A DNA stretch of 64,000 nucleotides from Dicyema japonicum (lineage: Eukaryota > Animalia > Dicyemida). The position numbers and the translations under genes were made by a program. The notes under the pieces were generated by a model. That model saw only the letters and a list, made by a program, of their open reading frames with translations. It ran no database searches and was not told the DNA's origin. This document shows positions 48,969 through 61,224 of this stretch, piece after piece. Position 1 is the first letter of the stretch; every line of letters begins with the position of its first letter. The DNA lies in contig RDEW01000039.1 in NCBI GenBank assembly GCA_011109175.1, positions 62,001 to 126,000 of the forward strand, read 5' to 3'.

Positions 48969-50147
48969 ATTTATAATAAAGATTATTTTTATGCTTTTTT
49001 TTGTTTTGTTATTAGATTTTGTATGCTTTTCTAAAAGTCGATTTAATAATTTCTGTTGTTATAGCAACACAATGTGGTGGAAATTTAATAATTTTTGTTA
49101 CTATATCAACACGTAGATAGGCTTATTTTGTGTATATTAGTAGTGCGTACTGAGATCTTAGGTTGGGGAATGGAAGGTTAACGAGTCAGGAAGGGTCCTC
49201 ATCAGTCAAGGGGACTTAAGCCACATTTCTTAGGTCTCAGTCGGTGGATTTTATTTTCTCAGTCGCGTGTGATCACATCCATGGCATCTTGCATCTTCAG
49301 ACACGCAACATCTGGTCTCCACAAGTGATCTCAAATTACTATATCATGCCCATAGACAATCATTTCAGTCTTTACAGTTGCTGGAATGACGACAGATAGT
49401 AGATCCGTAATCTTTATTCTAAGAGAGATCCAGCTTTTTAGTTTCAGGAAGATTCTCGCTTCACCGAGGGCGCAGAAGAAGCCGAGTCGAACTCCATATC
49501 AAAGAACAGCGCCACTGTAAGCTGATGACAAATCTAAGAGCTCAACCTTCATGGGCATTCACTACAAAATACCTTCACATAGCCACATCTAAAGGTCCGA
49601 ATGAATGTTTTTCATTATGCACTCCTGTGCTAGCTTTTGATGCATTAATCTAAGATTTTAGCGACGACAAACAACGGCTAGATAATACTATTTGGATGCG
49701 CATTAAAGACAACTTTAATGTGGTCAGAAGATATATTTCTCCAAATGGGCCTTCCATAACGACTTTACGTCCACCAAAACAATACTCATCCATTTGGCAT
49801 ATGGCGATATCCCTAAGGATGTAAAAGAAAGTGATACCACTACTGTTACAGTGACGTCTTATTATACGGTGGATAGTGCTTGCATCACTACCGCCCCAGG
49901 AAAGGACAAACGGCGTTTCCTTGTAGTACCTTATCCTGGCTTTCTGATAGAGGAGGTATTTCACGTAGTTTGTGCTGTGTCCTTAACACAATTAACTGAC
50001 CTTGCCTTTGACTGGCAGGGCTTATGTGAATGTGGATCCCAGTAGATAAGCATTTATCTTTATATGTGCAGGGGAAGCTCATGTGGCTATATCCCTGATC
50101 TAAAGACAAATACCACCACTGATGTAAAGAGGGTCAAAAATGTTCGC

Positions 50148-51000
50148 GTGGTGTCATGCGGCTCATCCAATGAAAAATCAAAATGGGCCAATAACTTCTT
50201 CCTACCCTATTGGATCACTACCTGGGGTGGTTTCTCCTACATATGTGCCTCTAATTTTCTCTGAGCTCATTGCTGTCCGTCACTTATGTTTGACCTTACC
50301 ACTCTATTTATGATATGTGGGGTCATTGAACCCAACCATGAAACGCGTGGTGACTTGACGGTTCAACAACTAAATGATAATGGAATTAGAATAAAAATCT
50401 TCGAGCTCAGAGCTCTTCTCTCAGAAAATCACATTGATCTCGCATTTCAAATTTATTCTAAGCTCTCTTCAATTCCAACACATTCTTGCCCCAGCGAGAT
50501 AAACCATAATGAAGGTCTACTTACCGCAATGAAAAACACTCTGTCTTTTACGGACATTAGAACTATTAAACCCAACTCAATTGCTGTTCAGATCACAATA
50601 AAACTGCAATTCTCTTCTTAATTTTTGATTATTTTTGCCACCTCCACATGGATCCCATCCTCCCGCTTACAGCCCACAATCATTATTGATCTTCAAACTG
50701 GAACACTTACTGATATGTAGAGACCCAAATGGAAAGCATCCACTCTTGCTAACCGTCAAACCATCCGACAACTGCGGGAGCACATTGAGAGTATCTTCCT
50801 GAATGACCCCGCTGTTTGAAATGAAGAGATTCAAGAGCTGCAAAATACAGGAGATTCAAGATGTCTGAAGGACAAGGGAATTGTTAGATTGTTTACCAAG
50901 GAATACCAATATCAGAAATTTATCGTCCGCTTTGATAACTCCATTTTAGAAGATGCTGAAACAGATTAGTTGCAGATGGAAATGGGAAACACTTTAGGAA
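50148..51000 (+). mobile_element. Decayed 5' half of an Ingi/Vingi-like LINE
   Basis: Starts cgtggtgtcatgcgg, like cgtggcgtcatgtgg at 15673; ICGVIEPNHET then QQLNDNGIRIKIFELRALLSENHIDLA. Confidence 0.65.
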
Positions 51001-51109
51001 AAATGGGAGATACACCCAAACATGCTCATGAAACACTATGCGAGAATTAACTTCAATTCACTTTCGAGAGACCTGGAGATCAAAGTAAATCCCCTTAAAC
51101 CGAAATAAT

Positions 51110-52100
51110 TACTTTAGTGAAAACTATTCTCGGACAAAACAATCTCAAAGATAATCGGGAAACAAGCCCAAACCAAACTACCACCACCATGTTTGACTGC
51201 AAGGAAGATATTTTTGGGTTCTAACCCCTTATTGGGTTTTTGCCAAACTAAAAGCTTTTCATGTGAGTAGAGAAAATTGTATTTGCATTCATCTGAAAAT
51301 GTAAAACTATTTACCTTATTTTGNACAAGCCCAAACCAAACTACCACCACCATGTTTGACTGCAGGGAAAATATTTTTGGGTTCTAACCCCTTATTGTGT
51401 TTTTGCCAAACTAAAAGCTTTTTGTGTGAGTAGAGAAAATTGTATTTGCATTCATCTGAAAATGTAAAACTATTCACCTTCTTTTGATCATATGGAAGGC
51501 ATTTACAGGCTGCTTCAAAACGTAATTTTATTATTCTTGGTGTTAACAGAGGCTTTTTTGTTGGTTTGTATGCATATATTTTTTTATTATTCGATATTCT
51601 TTTAATTTTTATAAGACTATTTGATATGTTTCCATCATTCTTCATTTTAATCGAAATTTTTCTTAATGACAATTTAANTTTTGCCACACTAAAAGCTTTT
51701 CATGTGAGTGGAAAAAGTTGTATTTACATTCATCTAAAAATATAATACTATTTAGCTTATTTTGATAATATTGAAGCCATTTACAGGCTGCTTCAAAACG
51801 TAATTTTATTATTCTTGGTGTTAACTGAGGCTTTTTTATTGGTTTGTATGTGTATATTTTTTTATTATTCGATATTCTTCTAAATGTCATAGGACTAATT
51901 GATATGTTTCTATCATTCTTCATTCTAATCGAAATTTTTCTTAATGACAATTTAGGGTTTTGCTTAAGTTCATAACAAATTATTTTAAAAATCTCTTCAG
52001 AACAAATATTATGACCACCACTGCCTTGTCGGCGTTCTGTTATGTTGGTTTCAGGTGTCTTTTTTATTTGTTTAGGATAGTTGGCTGAGAAACATTCAGT
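51110..52100 (-). mobile_element. Tc1-like transposase pseudogene
   Basis: KKPLLTPRIIKLRFEAA, FSDECKY, VKHGGGSLVWACF; duplicated across N joins. Confidence 0.85.
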
Positions 52101-52479
52101 ATAGAAGCAATCTGTTTTTGTTTAAAATGAATGATTTGTGCAATTTTACGTGAAGATAGTTTCATTTCTTAAGTTATTATTTATACTTCACACAACAGGA
52201 ATCACCAGAAGTTTTTAAAATTTAAAAAAATATAACATTTTTTCTGTTACAAAATATAGCATATTAAAAATAAAATTGACTAAAATTATGCATTTTTAAA
52301 TATTTTGAAAATTTTTAAATACGTAGATAGATAATGTCCGTTGGAAGAATCCGTCGTTGAAGGAATTTTACCTATTTTCCGATTTTTTCGAGTTTTTAGT
52401 GGACTTAGACAAAATATTTATTAATAAAAATGTAAAAATATCTTTAAAAATATTAGAAAATACAATTGGAGAGAGAGTA

Positions 52480-54330
52480 AATCGTAAACTTCGAAAGCTA
52501 CGCCCGAGCGACTTTCGCCTCGTTGACAGCGACGATAATGTCATGGCCACGACGCCTGAGGTGCTTGAACTACTGAGACGAAAACATATATGTCCCCCGG
52601 CAGACTACCGCCCATTAATATGCCAAGGATGACCGTCACCGAAGACGAAATGCGACGCGGCATTTTGTCGTTATGGCGAGTAGNGACTTTCGCCTCGTTG
52701 ACAGCGACGATAATGTCATGGCCGCGACGCCTGAGGTGCTTGAACTACTGAGACGAAAACATATATGTCCCCCGGCAGACTACCGCCCATTCGTGCTTCC
52801 GGGAAATATGCCAAGGATGACCGTCACCGAAGACGAAATGCGACGCGGCATTTCGTCGTTATGGCGAGTAGCAGTGGAGGTCTCGATGGCTTGCGTCTAA
52901 GTCACATCAAGGATCTTAAGGCGAGGGCTACGGTAGAAGCTGGCTGCAACCTTGTCAATTACAAAACCGTTTATGCGTATTTTGAACTGAGATATTCCTC
53001 CTTACGCAAATGAGCTTCTTTTCTGTGCACGGCCTTCAAAAAACCCGATAATGGGGTTTGCCCCATCACGTTCGGCAACTACTTTAGAATACTGACAGCA
53101 AAAATCGCATGCAGCATTGTCTGTCCGAAAATATCTGAAAAATTTTCCCCTCTCCAACTGGGGGTTGGTGTAAAGAACGGATGCGAGACGGCAGTGCATG
53201 CTGCGAAATGTTTTTTTTGAACAGAAAGACGAACAAAACCCACACATAGGGGTCAAGCTGGACATCTGCAATACCTTCAATTCACTGAGGAGAGATCAAA
53301 ATTTCGAAACTACAAGCAAACGAGCCCCGGAACTTATTCCACTTGTCTTCCTCGCTCACGGAATCAATTCTTCAATGGTTTTCGAGAACAAGATTATCTG
53401 TTCGGAGACTGGAGTTCGACAAGGGGACCCACTTGGTCCACTACTCTTCGATGTGGCCATCGATGAAATTGTCCGCTCTATAAACACACAACTAAACTTC
53501 TAGTATCTTGATGACACTACGATTGGATTGCCGTGGAGAAAAGTTCACGACGTTCTGTCACATGCCGTGCAAGCACTACAAAACCTCGGACTTGAGATAA
53601 ACATAAAGAAATCGGAGCTAATAAACATCACATACTCGGAGAGTGATTTTATCAACGTGGTCAAGTCTTTCAACTCGGTACTAACTGAATTTCTTGGGTG
53701 CCCACTAGACGAAAAGGAACTGCGGAGCCATCTACTAACAAAAGAGGATGAACTCTCTAGAGTCACGGAGAAACTTTTATTACTTGATGCTCATACAGCG
53801 TTCTTCTTTTTGAAGAATAACATCGGCTTGACAAAACTCCTATATGCTCTTCGATGTTCTCCCTGCTTCAAACATCGTGACATCCTTCTGTCACTGGATA
53901 GGACATTGAGAAAATCAGCTGAATTGCTTCTTTACATTCACTTTGATGTGGCAAGTTGGGGCAAGTTGGAACCAATGCAAGCTTCCTACTCGCCTCAGAG
54001 GAACGGGTCTCAGGTCGGCGCTGAAGATCGCCTTTCCAGCATATGTGTTTTCGCTCTCAAGTAGAAGCCTTTTGGTCTAAGATATCATACGTTTTCCAAC
54101 CGGACTTTCTTGGTAAAGAGTATTCGACGAAGCCCGTCGCGAATGGTGTAAAACTGGTTTGGATATGTTGAACGATCCTTCGAGGCAACGTGACTGGGAT
54201 GATATCTACTCCAAGAATATCTTCGACGTGCTGAACTCTGAGGCCAACCAGCATCTTCTTGCATGCCTCGTGTCCGCCGCCAACCATGGGAGCGGAGGAA
54301 GCCAGAAGAGACGTGTCTGCATATAAACAT
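52480..54330 (+). mobile_element. CRE-clade non-LTR retrotransposon RT region
   Basis: PLQLGVGVKNGCETAVHA, VKLDICNTFNSLRRD, SETGVRQGDPLGPLLF, YLDD, LLDAHTAFFFLKN. Confidence 0.9.
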
Positions 54331-54440
54331 TCCATCAGTTTCCCGGGTTTTACCTAATTTATTATCGCAGAGTTCACCATTATCCTTTTCACTTTTCTAA
54401 TTATTAGTGACTAAAATATGAATGCAAATAACTTCTAAGG

Positions 54441-54512
54441 TCCGCATTGGTCTAGTGGTTAAGATTTCGGATTTTCATTTCGACAACCCGGGTTCGATTC
54501 CCGGATGCGGAA
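54441..54512 (+). tRNA. tRNA-Glu(UUC)
   Basis: Perfect acceptor stem tccgcat/atgcgga, D-loop tggtctagtggttaag, anticodon loop ttTTCat, T-loop gttcgattc, then a T6 Pol III terminator. Confidence 0.95.
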
Positions 54513-54581
54513 CTTTTTTATTGTTCTGAACAATGATAATAAATTAGATGATGCTCTCAGAACATTTTACTCGCTGTCATC

Positions 54582-55430
54582 ATGGCATCTGAGGTATGCA
54601 ATACGTCCCAGTGTTAGGTGCTTAAATATAATAAATGGGAAGGTATCTTTGCACTTGTGGCAACTTCAAAGTTGATTTTTTGACGGATACTGGTTTTATT
54701 TAATTGAAATTGGCAGATTCTTGCTAGATGAGTTTATCAAAATTGACTCAACTCAAATAGAAGTAAAATATGTTATTTTATACCTAAATAACAGGAATAC
54801 GAATCTCTCCGTTACATAACAAGTGAAAGGACTGACCAGGACGAATACTTTTGTGAAATTTGTGGCGTTTTCACTCATAAAAGAAAGTCTGTGACCCAGA
54901 TTCATATTTTTTCAGCAAACGCCTTGAAGTAAACGTCTTTCAACTAATTTTAGTCTCTGGATTCTTTTACAGATATAGTAGGCANGATACTGGTTTTATT
55001 TAATTGAAACTGGCAGAATCTTGCTCAGATGAGTTTATAAAAGTTGACTCAACTCAGATAGAAGTCAAATATGTTATTTTTACACCTAAATAACAGGAAT
55101 ACGAATCTCTCCGTTACATAACAAGTGAAAGGACTGACCAGGACGAATACTTTTGTGGGATTTGTGGCATTTTCACTCATAAAAGAAAGTATGTGACCCA
55201 GATTCATATTTTTTCAGCAAACGCCTTGAAGTAAACGTCTTTCAACTAATTTTAGTCTCTGGATTCTTTTACAGATAAAGTAAGCAAAAATTCCTCGTAT
55301 TACTACTTCGTAGTGGTGATACTTGATTATGAAGACCCTATCACTCCGTGTTTGTATCCTGGGTCTCCCCAAAAGGCCAAATTATCTGGTAATGAAAATC
55401 TAAATTCCCTGAGGGTGCGTTTTTATTTAT
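54582..55430 (+). CDS. Small multi-exon gene of unknown function with a CxxC motif; the 3' end is uncertain
   Basis: Spliced MASE|VLKYNKWE|VDFLTDT|ESCSDEFIKVDSTQIE|EYESLRYITSERTDQDEYFCGICGIFTHKR; introns of 24-33 nt; exons duplicated across the N at 54985. Confidence 0.5.
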
Positions 55431-55669
55431 AATTAATCATCGCATAATTTTGATGGTTGTAGATTTTAGGCCTCTAATCAAAAAGATTTTAAAAAGATGA
55501 CTTTTTTATCTAAAGATGTCGTTTTGCTAAAATCTCCTAATGTTTATTGATGAACTTGTCTAAAACTTGAAAATATTAAAGCCATTTTGAATGGACACGC
55601 CTTTAACTAGTTTTTTGTCCACAAAAATTCATCAGAAAGTCGAAATCATCGAGTTCTTTTATTGCATCT

Positions 55670-56220
55670 TCAGACCGTGGTCAATATTAGATTGATTAAG
55701 GTTGCAGTAACAGGATTGCAATAACACCTTGTCCATCTTAACGTTTGGATAGAGGACAACGGCCTATCGATAAGCCCTGAGAAATCAGTCAGATAGGAAA
55801 CTAAGCAGACGAATGGTAGAGATAAATGTGGATAATGCACGATATCCCTTATAACTAACACCTGAAAATAATGGGAATCACATTCCACACCCATGTGTGT
55901 TTTTCTCAGCATGTCGAAAACGTGATTATCAAATTTGAAAAAAATATAACCTTCTGAAAAGCCTTTCATGACTAGAGGGCTGGAAACCACCCAGTCATGA
56001 AATCTACTATGTGTGTGCTTTCAGGACCCGTTTAGCTTTTAGAAAAATTTCATGAAGATCGAAGCCCTCCCAAAATGGACTTTTAAAGTAACGATGGACT
56101 TCTAGAAAGGTCTTCACCCCAATTCCTCTGGATTTCCTAATGAAGGATTATTTATTACCTCCAGGCTTAAAATTTTTTTAAACCCAGCAAAAACAGTCAC
56201 AACTAATTCAAGGAAGGAAC
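55670..56220 (+). mobile_element. LINE RT thumb-region remnant
   Basis: HLNVWIEDNGLSISPEKS, IMGITFHTHVCFSQHVENV. Confidence 0.5.
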
Positions 56221-56512
56221 ATCTGTATGTCTATCCTTCAATAGTCCATTACAGGATTCCGCTTCTGAAGAGAGGTGCAGAAGTAAGTTCTCCCTCTTCC
56301 ATTTTCATCGCACGTCCTATCGTCGTGGGCATCACTTCATTCATAGGCGGAAGGGTTTTCATAAAGGCAATCTTCACCAGTGAATTGTCATGGAGAATGA
56401 AGGATTATACCGTACAAATGACATTTGATTCAATAGACTCAAAATTATCTTTCAATTATTAGTTCTTAGCTGTCGCCCTATCAATGATAAATTGGATTGA
56501 TTAAATGCAGAA

Positions 56513-57684
56513 ATGATAAACCAAGAGAATACTGAAAATATTCTTAAAAAGTTCAGAAATGAACAAGATCGGGAATTCTCTAAACTAACTGCTCAGCAGT
56601 TCATGGAAACGTGGAACCATTACGATAAGGATGGTTTCCTTATGCTTAATTCAAGGAAACTGTTATATTGATGAAGCTGAGATGGACAGTTTTTTGAAAG
56701 ATTTGGTTTCCAGCGTTACCACGGGGGATAAAGGTCGTGAGGTGACCTTATGTTTGAGTCCTCCAGGCCATTTCGCTAGTAGCGTTCAAGGAACTTAAGA
56801 AGACTTTTTTGGAGGCTTATGTTTCCAGCGTAACCACGGGGGATAAAGGTCGTGAGGTGACCTTATGTTTGAGTCCTCCAGGCCATTTCGCTAGTAGCGT
56901 TCAAGGAACTTAAGAAGACTTTTTTGGAGGCTTATGATGACAACAAGGACGGGAGAATAGAACTGATGGAAGTAAGTGTAGTTTGAATCAGTTTGAGATG
57001 ACAAACATTCTCCCAGTGGATGAAAACTTTTTACTATTTTTCAGGAAGGAATTCCAGCTCAATTCAAGCATGGAGTTTATGAAGATTTGGCTGAAATGCG
57101 ACGAGGACTTTAACGGATTAATCGAGAAAGCAGAATTAAATGTACCACAATTGGCGGTTATTAGAACTTCCTGCGATACTTGCTAGAGAAGCAAGGGTAC
57201 CATGATGTCCCTGATTCTAAGATAAAATATTAATGCGAAATTATGGTAAAGACAGACTGATTTTAGATGGTTATTTTCGACTCTAATAAATACGGCAAAC
57301 TTGACCTACAGGAAGTGGCACGGTACATAGTGTAGTAACCGCTTAAGTCTGCTTCCCGTAAAAGAGAACTTTGTGGCTAACAGGTGGTTCAAAAAGACAC
57401 AGTTACTTAGTAAGGAAGACGTGGAAGGAATATTCTGGAACGTGGACAAAGTTAAAAATTACTTATATTGTAGGGGAAAAGAAACATGATTGATAGAGAA
57501 GAATTGGCTGAGTTTATTCAACTATTATATGAAATATCAAATCAGGCAATAATCCTGATGAATTTAGACTCCAAATTCTGATGAAGTATACGACATCACT
57601 GATATGCTTATGAAAATATCACCAATTGAAGGACTAATCGACAAGAAAACTCTCCTATCTACCATAATGTCTTACAAAATATAA
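56513..57684 (+). CDS. Calbindin-32/Cbp53E-like hexa-EF-hand calcium-binding protein; many mini-introns; the start codon is tentative
   Basis: [68 protein letters not shown]. Confidence 0.9.
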
Positions 57685-57959
57685 ATCTGAAGAACAATCT
57701 AACAAAATATTAATTTTAAATTAAAAAATTTAAAAACTAATAATAATTATTTAATTCATTCTTTATGAGCCGTTTGTGACACCTCCACGAAGAAAAATTT
57801 CACTCCACTTTTTTTAATAGCTGACACTGTCACTTTGGTCGATTGGTTGGTGGCTGGGCTCCATACTATCCTTCCCACTAGCTTCTCTCATCCAACTTCC
57901 CTCCTTGTTTGTTTCCGTATTTCATCAATGACATGAATAATCGATTTTTTATTCCAATT

Positions 57960-58200
57960 AGATGACAAAAATGATATTTATGGTATCAGATTAAAATTAG
58001 GGACCACATGTGAGATGTATCAATGTAATGAATTACCATGACTTGGGATAGAGTTGTCTCGAAATGCTTCAAAAATTATATGGCTGAGCTTTCTATTGAA
58101 AGAGGAAAGATGACTTAAATCCAATCAGTTGTGTTGAAAAGGAATCTAGAAAGCTTAATAATCGAACACAAGCAATGGATGGAGGTCTCCGCTGAAGAGT
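57960..58200 (+). mobile_element. R4/Dong-like C-terminal remnant
   Basis: MTWDRVVSKCFKNYMAELSI...IQSVVLKRNLES. Confidence 0.55.
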
Positions 58201-58479
58201 CTACCTCTCCCTTCGACAAGCTTGTGGGCTGTCATGTTCTTGTGAGGACATTCTATTGAATACTAACAGAGACATAACAACTGGCAAGAGTGAGTTGGCG
58301 GCAAACTCTTCTTTTAACAACCACTGGTGGTTCCTTTCAGTCAAATGAATTTCAAATAAATATGATTGAAAATGCACTATATTTGAAAAATGTCAAATTT
58401 GATGTGTAAAAGTGATGGCACTATCCAAGAAATATGGATTTTTTCGACAATAAGATATGACTTTTGGTACCTTGTTTTT

Positions 58480-59520
58480 TCTTTAGAATGATTGATTAAC
58501 AGTTCTTTTAATATAATTATATTTTTATTTTTTGTCCGTTATTAAAATTATCATGTCGGTGAGGAGAGCGCATTCTTTGGACTTAAACAACGAGTTATAA
58601 CGGCCCACCAAAAAGTACTGTTCGGAATATGGAAACAACACGGAACTGTTATTAGTCGACCAAGATCAGTTGCTCCGAAGAAAATATTTCAACGTTCATG
58701 CTCATCGACGAAAAAAATAGTTTGTACAAAACCAAAAATTACTGAAAAAGAATTGGCTGATGATTTGAATATTACAGGAACATCAGTATCCCTTCGTACA
58801 ATTACTTCTACATCACGCAGTGAAGGTATCAATAAACGAAGGCCCTGTCGTGGTCCGTTATTAAAGAAAATACACATTTCTGCACGAATTAAATATGCAA
58901 CATATCTTTTAAATAAAGAAAATGAATTCATAAACAGTTTTCATGGTCGGACGAATAAAAAATAGAACTTTTCGGACTGAACTACACGCCATCAATTTGG
59001 CGTAAATACAGTCAGGCCTATCACCAAAAATGTACCATACCTACCATAAAGCACGGGGGAGGTAGTATCATGCTGTGGGGCTGTTTTTCATCTACAGGAG
59101 TTAGTGAACTATTTGTAATTCATGGAATAATGAATTCGCTCTGCGAAATCTTGGGAAAATGTCTGTTACATTCAGTCACTTTATTAAATTTGACACAAAA
59201 CTGGACATTCCAGGATTGCAACAATCCAAAATACAAGTAAAAAATTAGTGTTAAATGGTTACTAAGAAACGAAATAAATGTTTTGAAATGACCAAGTCAA
59301 TCGCCAGGCCTCAATCCAATCGAACATTTATGGAAAATTTTAAAAGTCAAAGTTGGTTTACGGAAACCGAAAAATATTCACGAATTGAAAATAAATTGCT
59401 ATGAAGAATGGGAAAATATTACCCCATTTTAATGCCAGAACTTATTCTGTCTCACAAAAAAAGATAAGAAGCAGTGCAACTAGCAAAAAAGAATGCAATT
59501 AAATTTCGTTCCATGACTTT
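58480..59520 (+). mobile_element. Tc1-like transposase pseudogene
   Basis: PKITEKELADDL, PLLKKIHISARIKYA, KIELFG, TIKHGGGSIMLWGCFSSTG. Confidence 0.85.
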
Positions 59521-59989
59521 TTTCCTACAATAAATTGACTTTTAAAAATAAATCGCTAAATATTGCACTATAAATTACTGGTGTTCGTGCGATCCCAATC
59601 CGAATACAGTCATCGTCCAAAAGGGTCCACAGGGAGTAACACAGGAATGCATCCTGTCATGCTTTTATTCGGATTGGGATCGCACAGCGCTTGGGGTTGA
59701 TGTATGCGTCGAACACTTTATTTAATATTGTTTTTCAACAATTAATCTAAAAAATCCAGGATTTCCGCACCACATATGAGTCTAAAGAATGGGGCGTCGA
59801 TTATTATGACGAGAAGCCTTGATAATTATAAAAAATGTTATTGATTAATTATAAAAAATGTTATGATTAATTATAAAAAAATGTTATTGTCTCACTTAAC
59901 AAAAGCTACCATTTTAACAGAGTCATCAAAAAGAGAAGACATATCCGAAGATTCCTTTAATTTCAGATGAGATGCCCTTCAAGTGGAAA

Positions 59990-60440
59990 ATAAACGGATA
60001 AAAATGAGACAATCTTCTTCTAGGTATCGATGTCTGCTTGGAACACCGTCCTGATGCAGTGGGTAGTTGACAGGAAAAGATTACATCGGCTGTTACCCAG
60101 ACAGAGCACTAGGAAATTCTCTCTCCACACAATGCTACAATAAAGTCTGGGTCATTAGTGGCTATCGAAGACGATAAGTTTACTTGCCTACTGAAACCCG
60201 TCGGACTTGACGGAGGTGATGGTAAGAGGTCTGATAGTGCAACGACCATGACGTAGTGGCAAGGGAGCTGTCTTGCGTGAGATTCACGTGCACGGATGCT
60301 TTCTCAAACTCCAATTTGTTCAGATCATCGATGTGCGCGGATTACACAGCGAGTACTGCTGAATTTTGAAAAAGAGAAAGTACGTGGCATTGAGAATCGA
60401 TTCACTTTCCAGCCGATCTCCGTTGAGACGTTTGGCGTAC
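59990..60440 (+). mobile_element. CRE REL fragment
   Basis: PVGLDGGDGKRSDS...FTCTDAFS...RFTFQPISVETFG. Confidence 0.7.
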
Positions 60441-60700
60441 TTCTGCTCATGATACATATGCTATTATCTGAGACTGAACTACTCATCAGAGTTGGCTCTA
60501 AGGAGTCTAGACAGTTGGAACTCCATTTGGGGCACTCTATCACCTGTATTATTTATCATCTACTTGGAGGCAGCTTTGAGAGATCTAAGAGAAGAAATTG
60601 GATGTCTGGACAACCACTTTATGGAACTCATTTACGCGGATGATGTCGATTTTGTCGCGGAAGATCGGGAATTTATTTCCCGATGTTGAATTTGGGCCTG
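60440..60700 (+). mobile_element. RTE-like RT fragment
   Basis: LLSETELLIRVG, LSPVLFIIYLEAALRDL, LIYADDVDF. Confidence 0.7.
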
Positions 60701-61224
60701 ACAAAATCTGCGCTTTCATACTATTAACGTTGTCGAACAATTACTCCAGATTTTTAAAAATTGTTTTTTTGAAGACTGTTTTTACAGTTTTAAGGGCTGA
60801 AATTTCTAAAAAGAGGGCTGAAATTTCTATTGCATAGAAAAAAAGATTTATGGAATAAAATACATCAAAAATAAGCCAACAGCTTATCCAAAAAATGAAA
60901 TTAATTTGAATATACAAAATATGATTGATAAGTTAAAAGAAGTTGGATGTGGATGTGCAACAAAAAGAACTGGAAAAACTTGCTAATGAGGAAGAAATAA
61001 CTCAAACAGAAACGCTTTAAGAAAACGAAATCGTTAACCTATTTTTTATAAGGATTATAATATCGACGAGGAAATTATTGATGCTGAAAATGAAGAAAAC
61101 GATGGGGAATTTTCACCAATAAAATTATTAAATGCAATTAAAAAAAGTACAAAATTCAGAAATAATAGAATCTGGAACATTTAAAAATTTAAATACAATA
61201 AAGAAGATAGAAGTGTTAATTAGA

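Noticed and set aside
49650-49964. Possible second Merlin fragment (CQMDEYCFGGRK)
   Set aside because: The motif is too degenerate and no TIRs were found
43618-55280. Tandem duplications of about 120-300 bp centred on single N bases (near 43736, 44300, 45625, 51324, 51677, 52684, 54985)
   Set aside because: Each junction is an N and the paired copies are slightly divergent overlaps, typical of unmerged contig ends or haplotypes, so they were not counted as biological repeats
57231-57233. TAA read as Tyr (alternative nuclear code)
   Set aside because: PDIA6, NDUFB2, ELOB and this same gene end at TAA where homologues end; a single case is better explained by mutation or error
59820-59890. 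Three copies of a roughly 24-bp AT-rich unit
   Set aside because: Ordinary minisatellite
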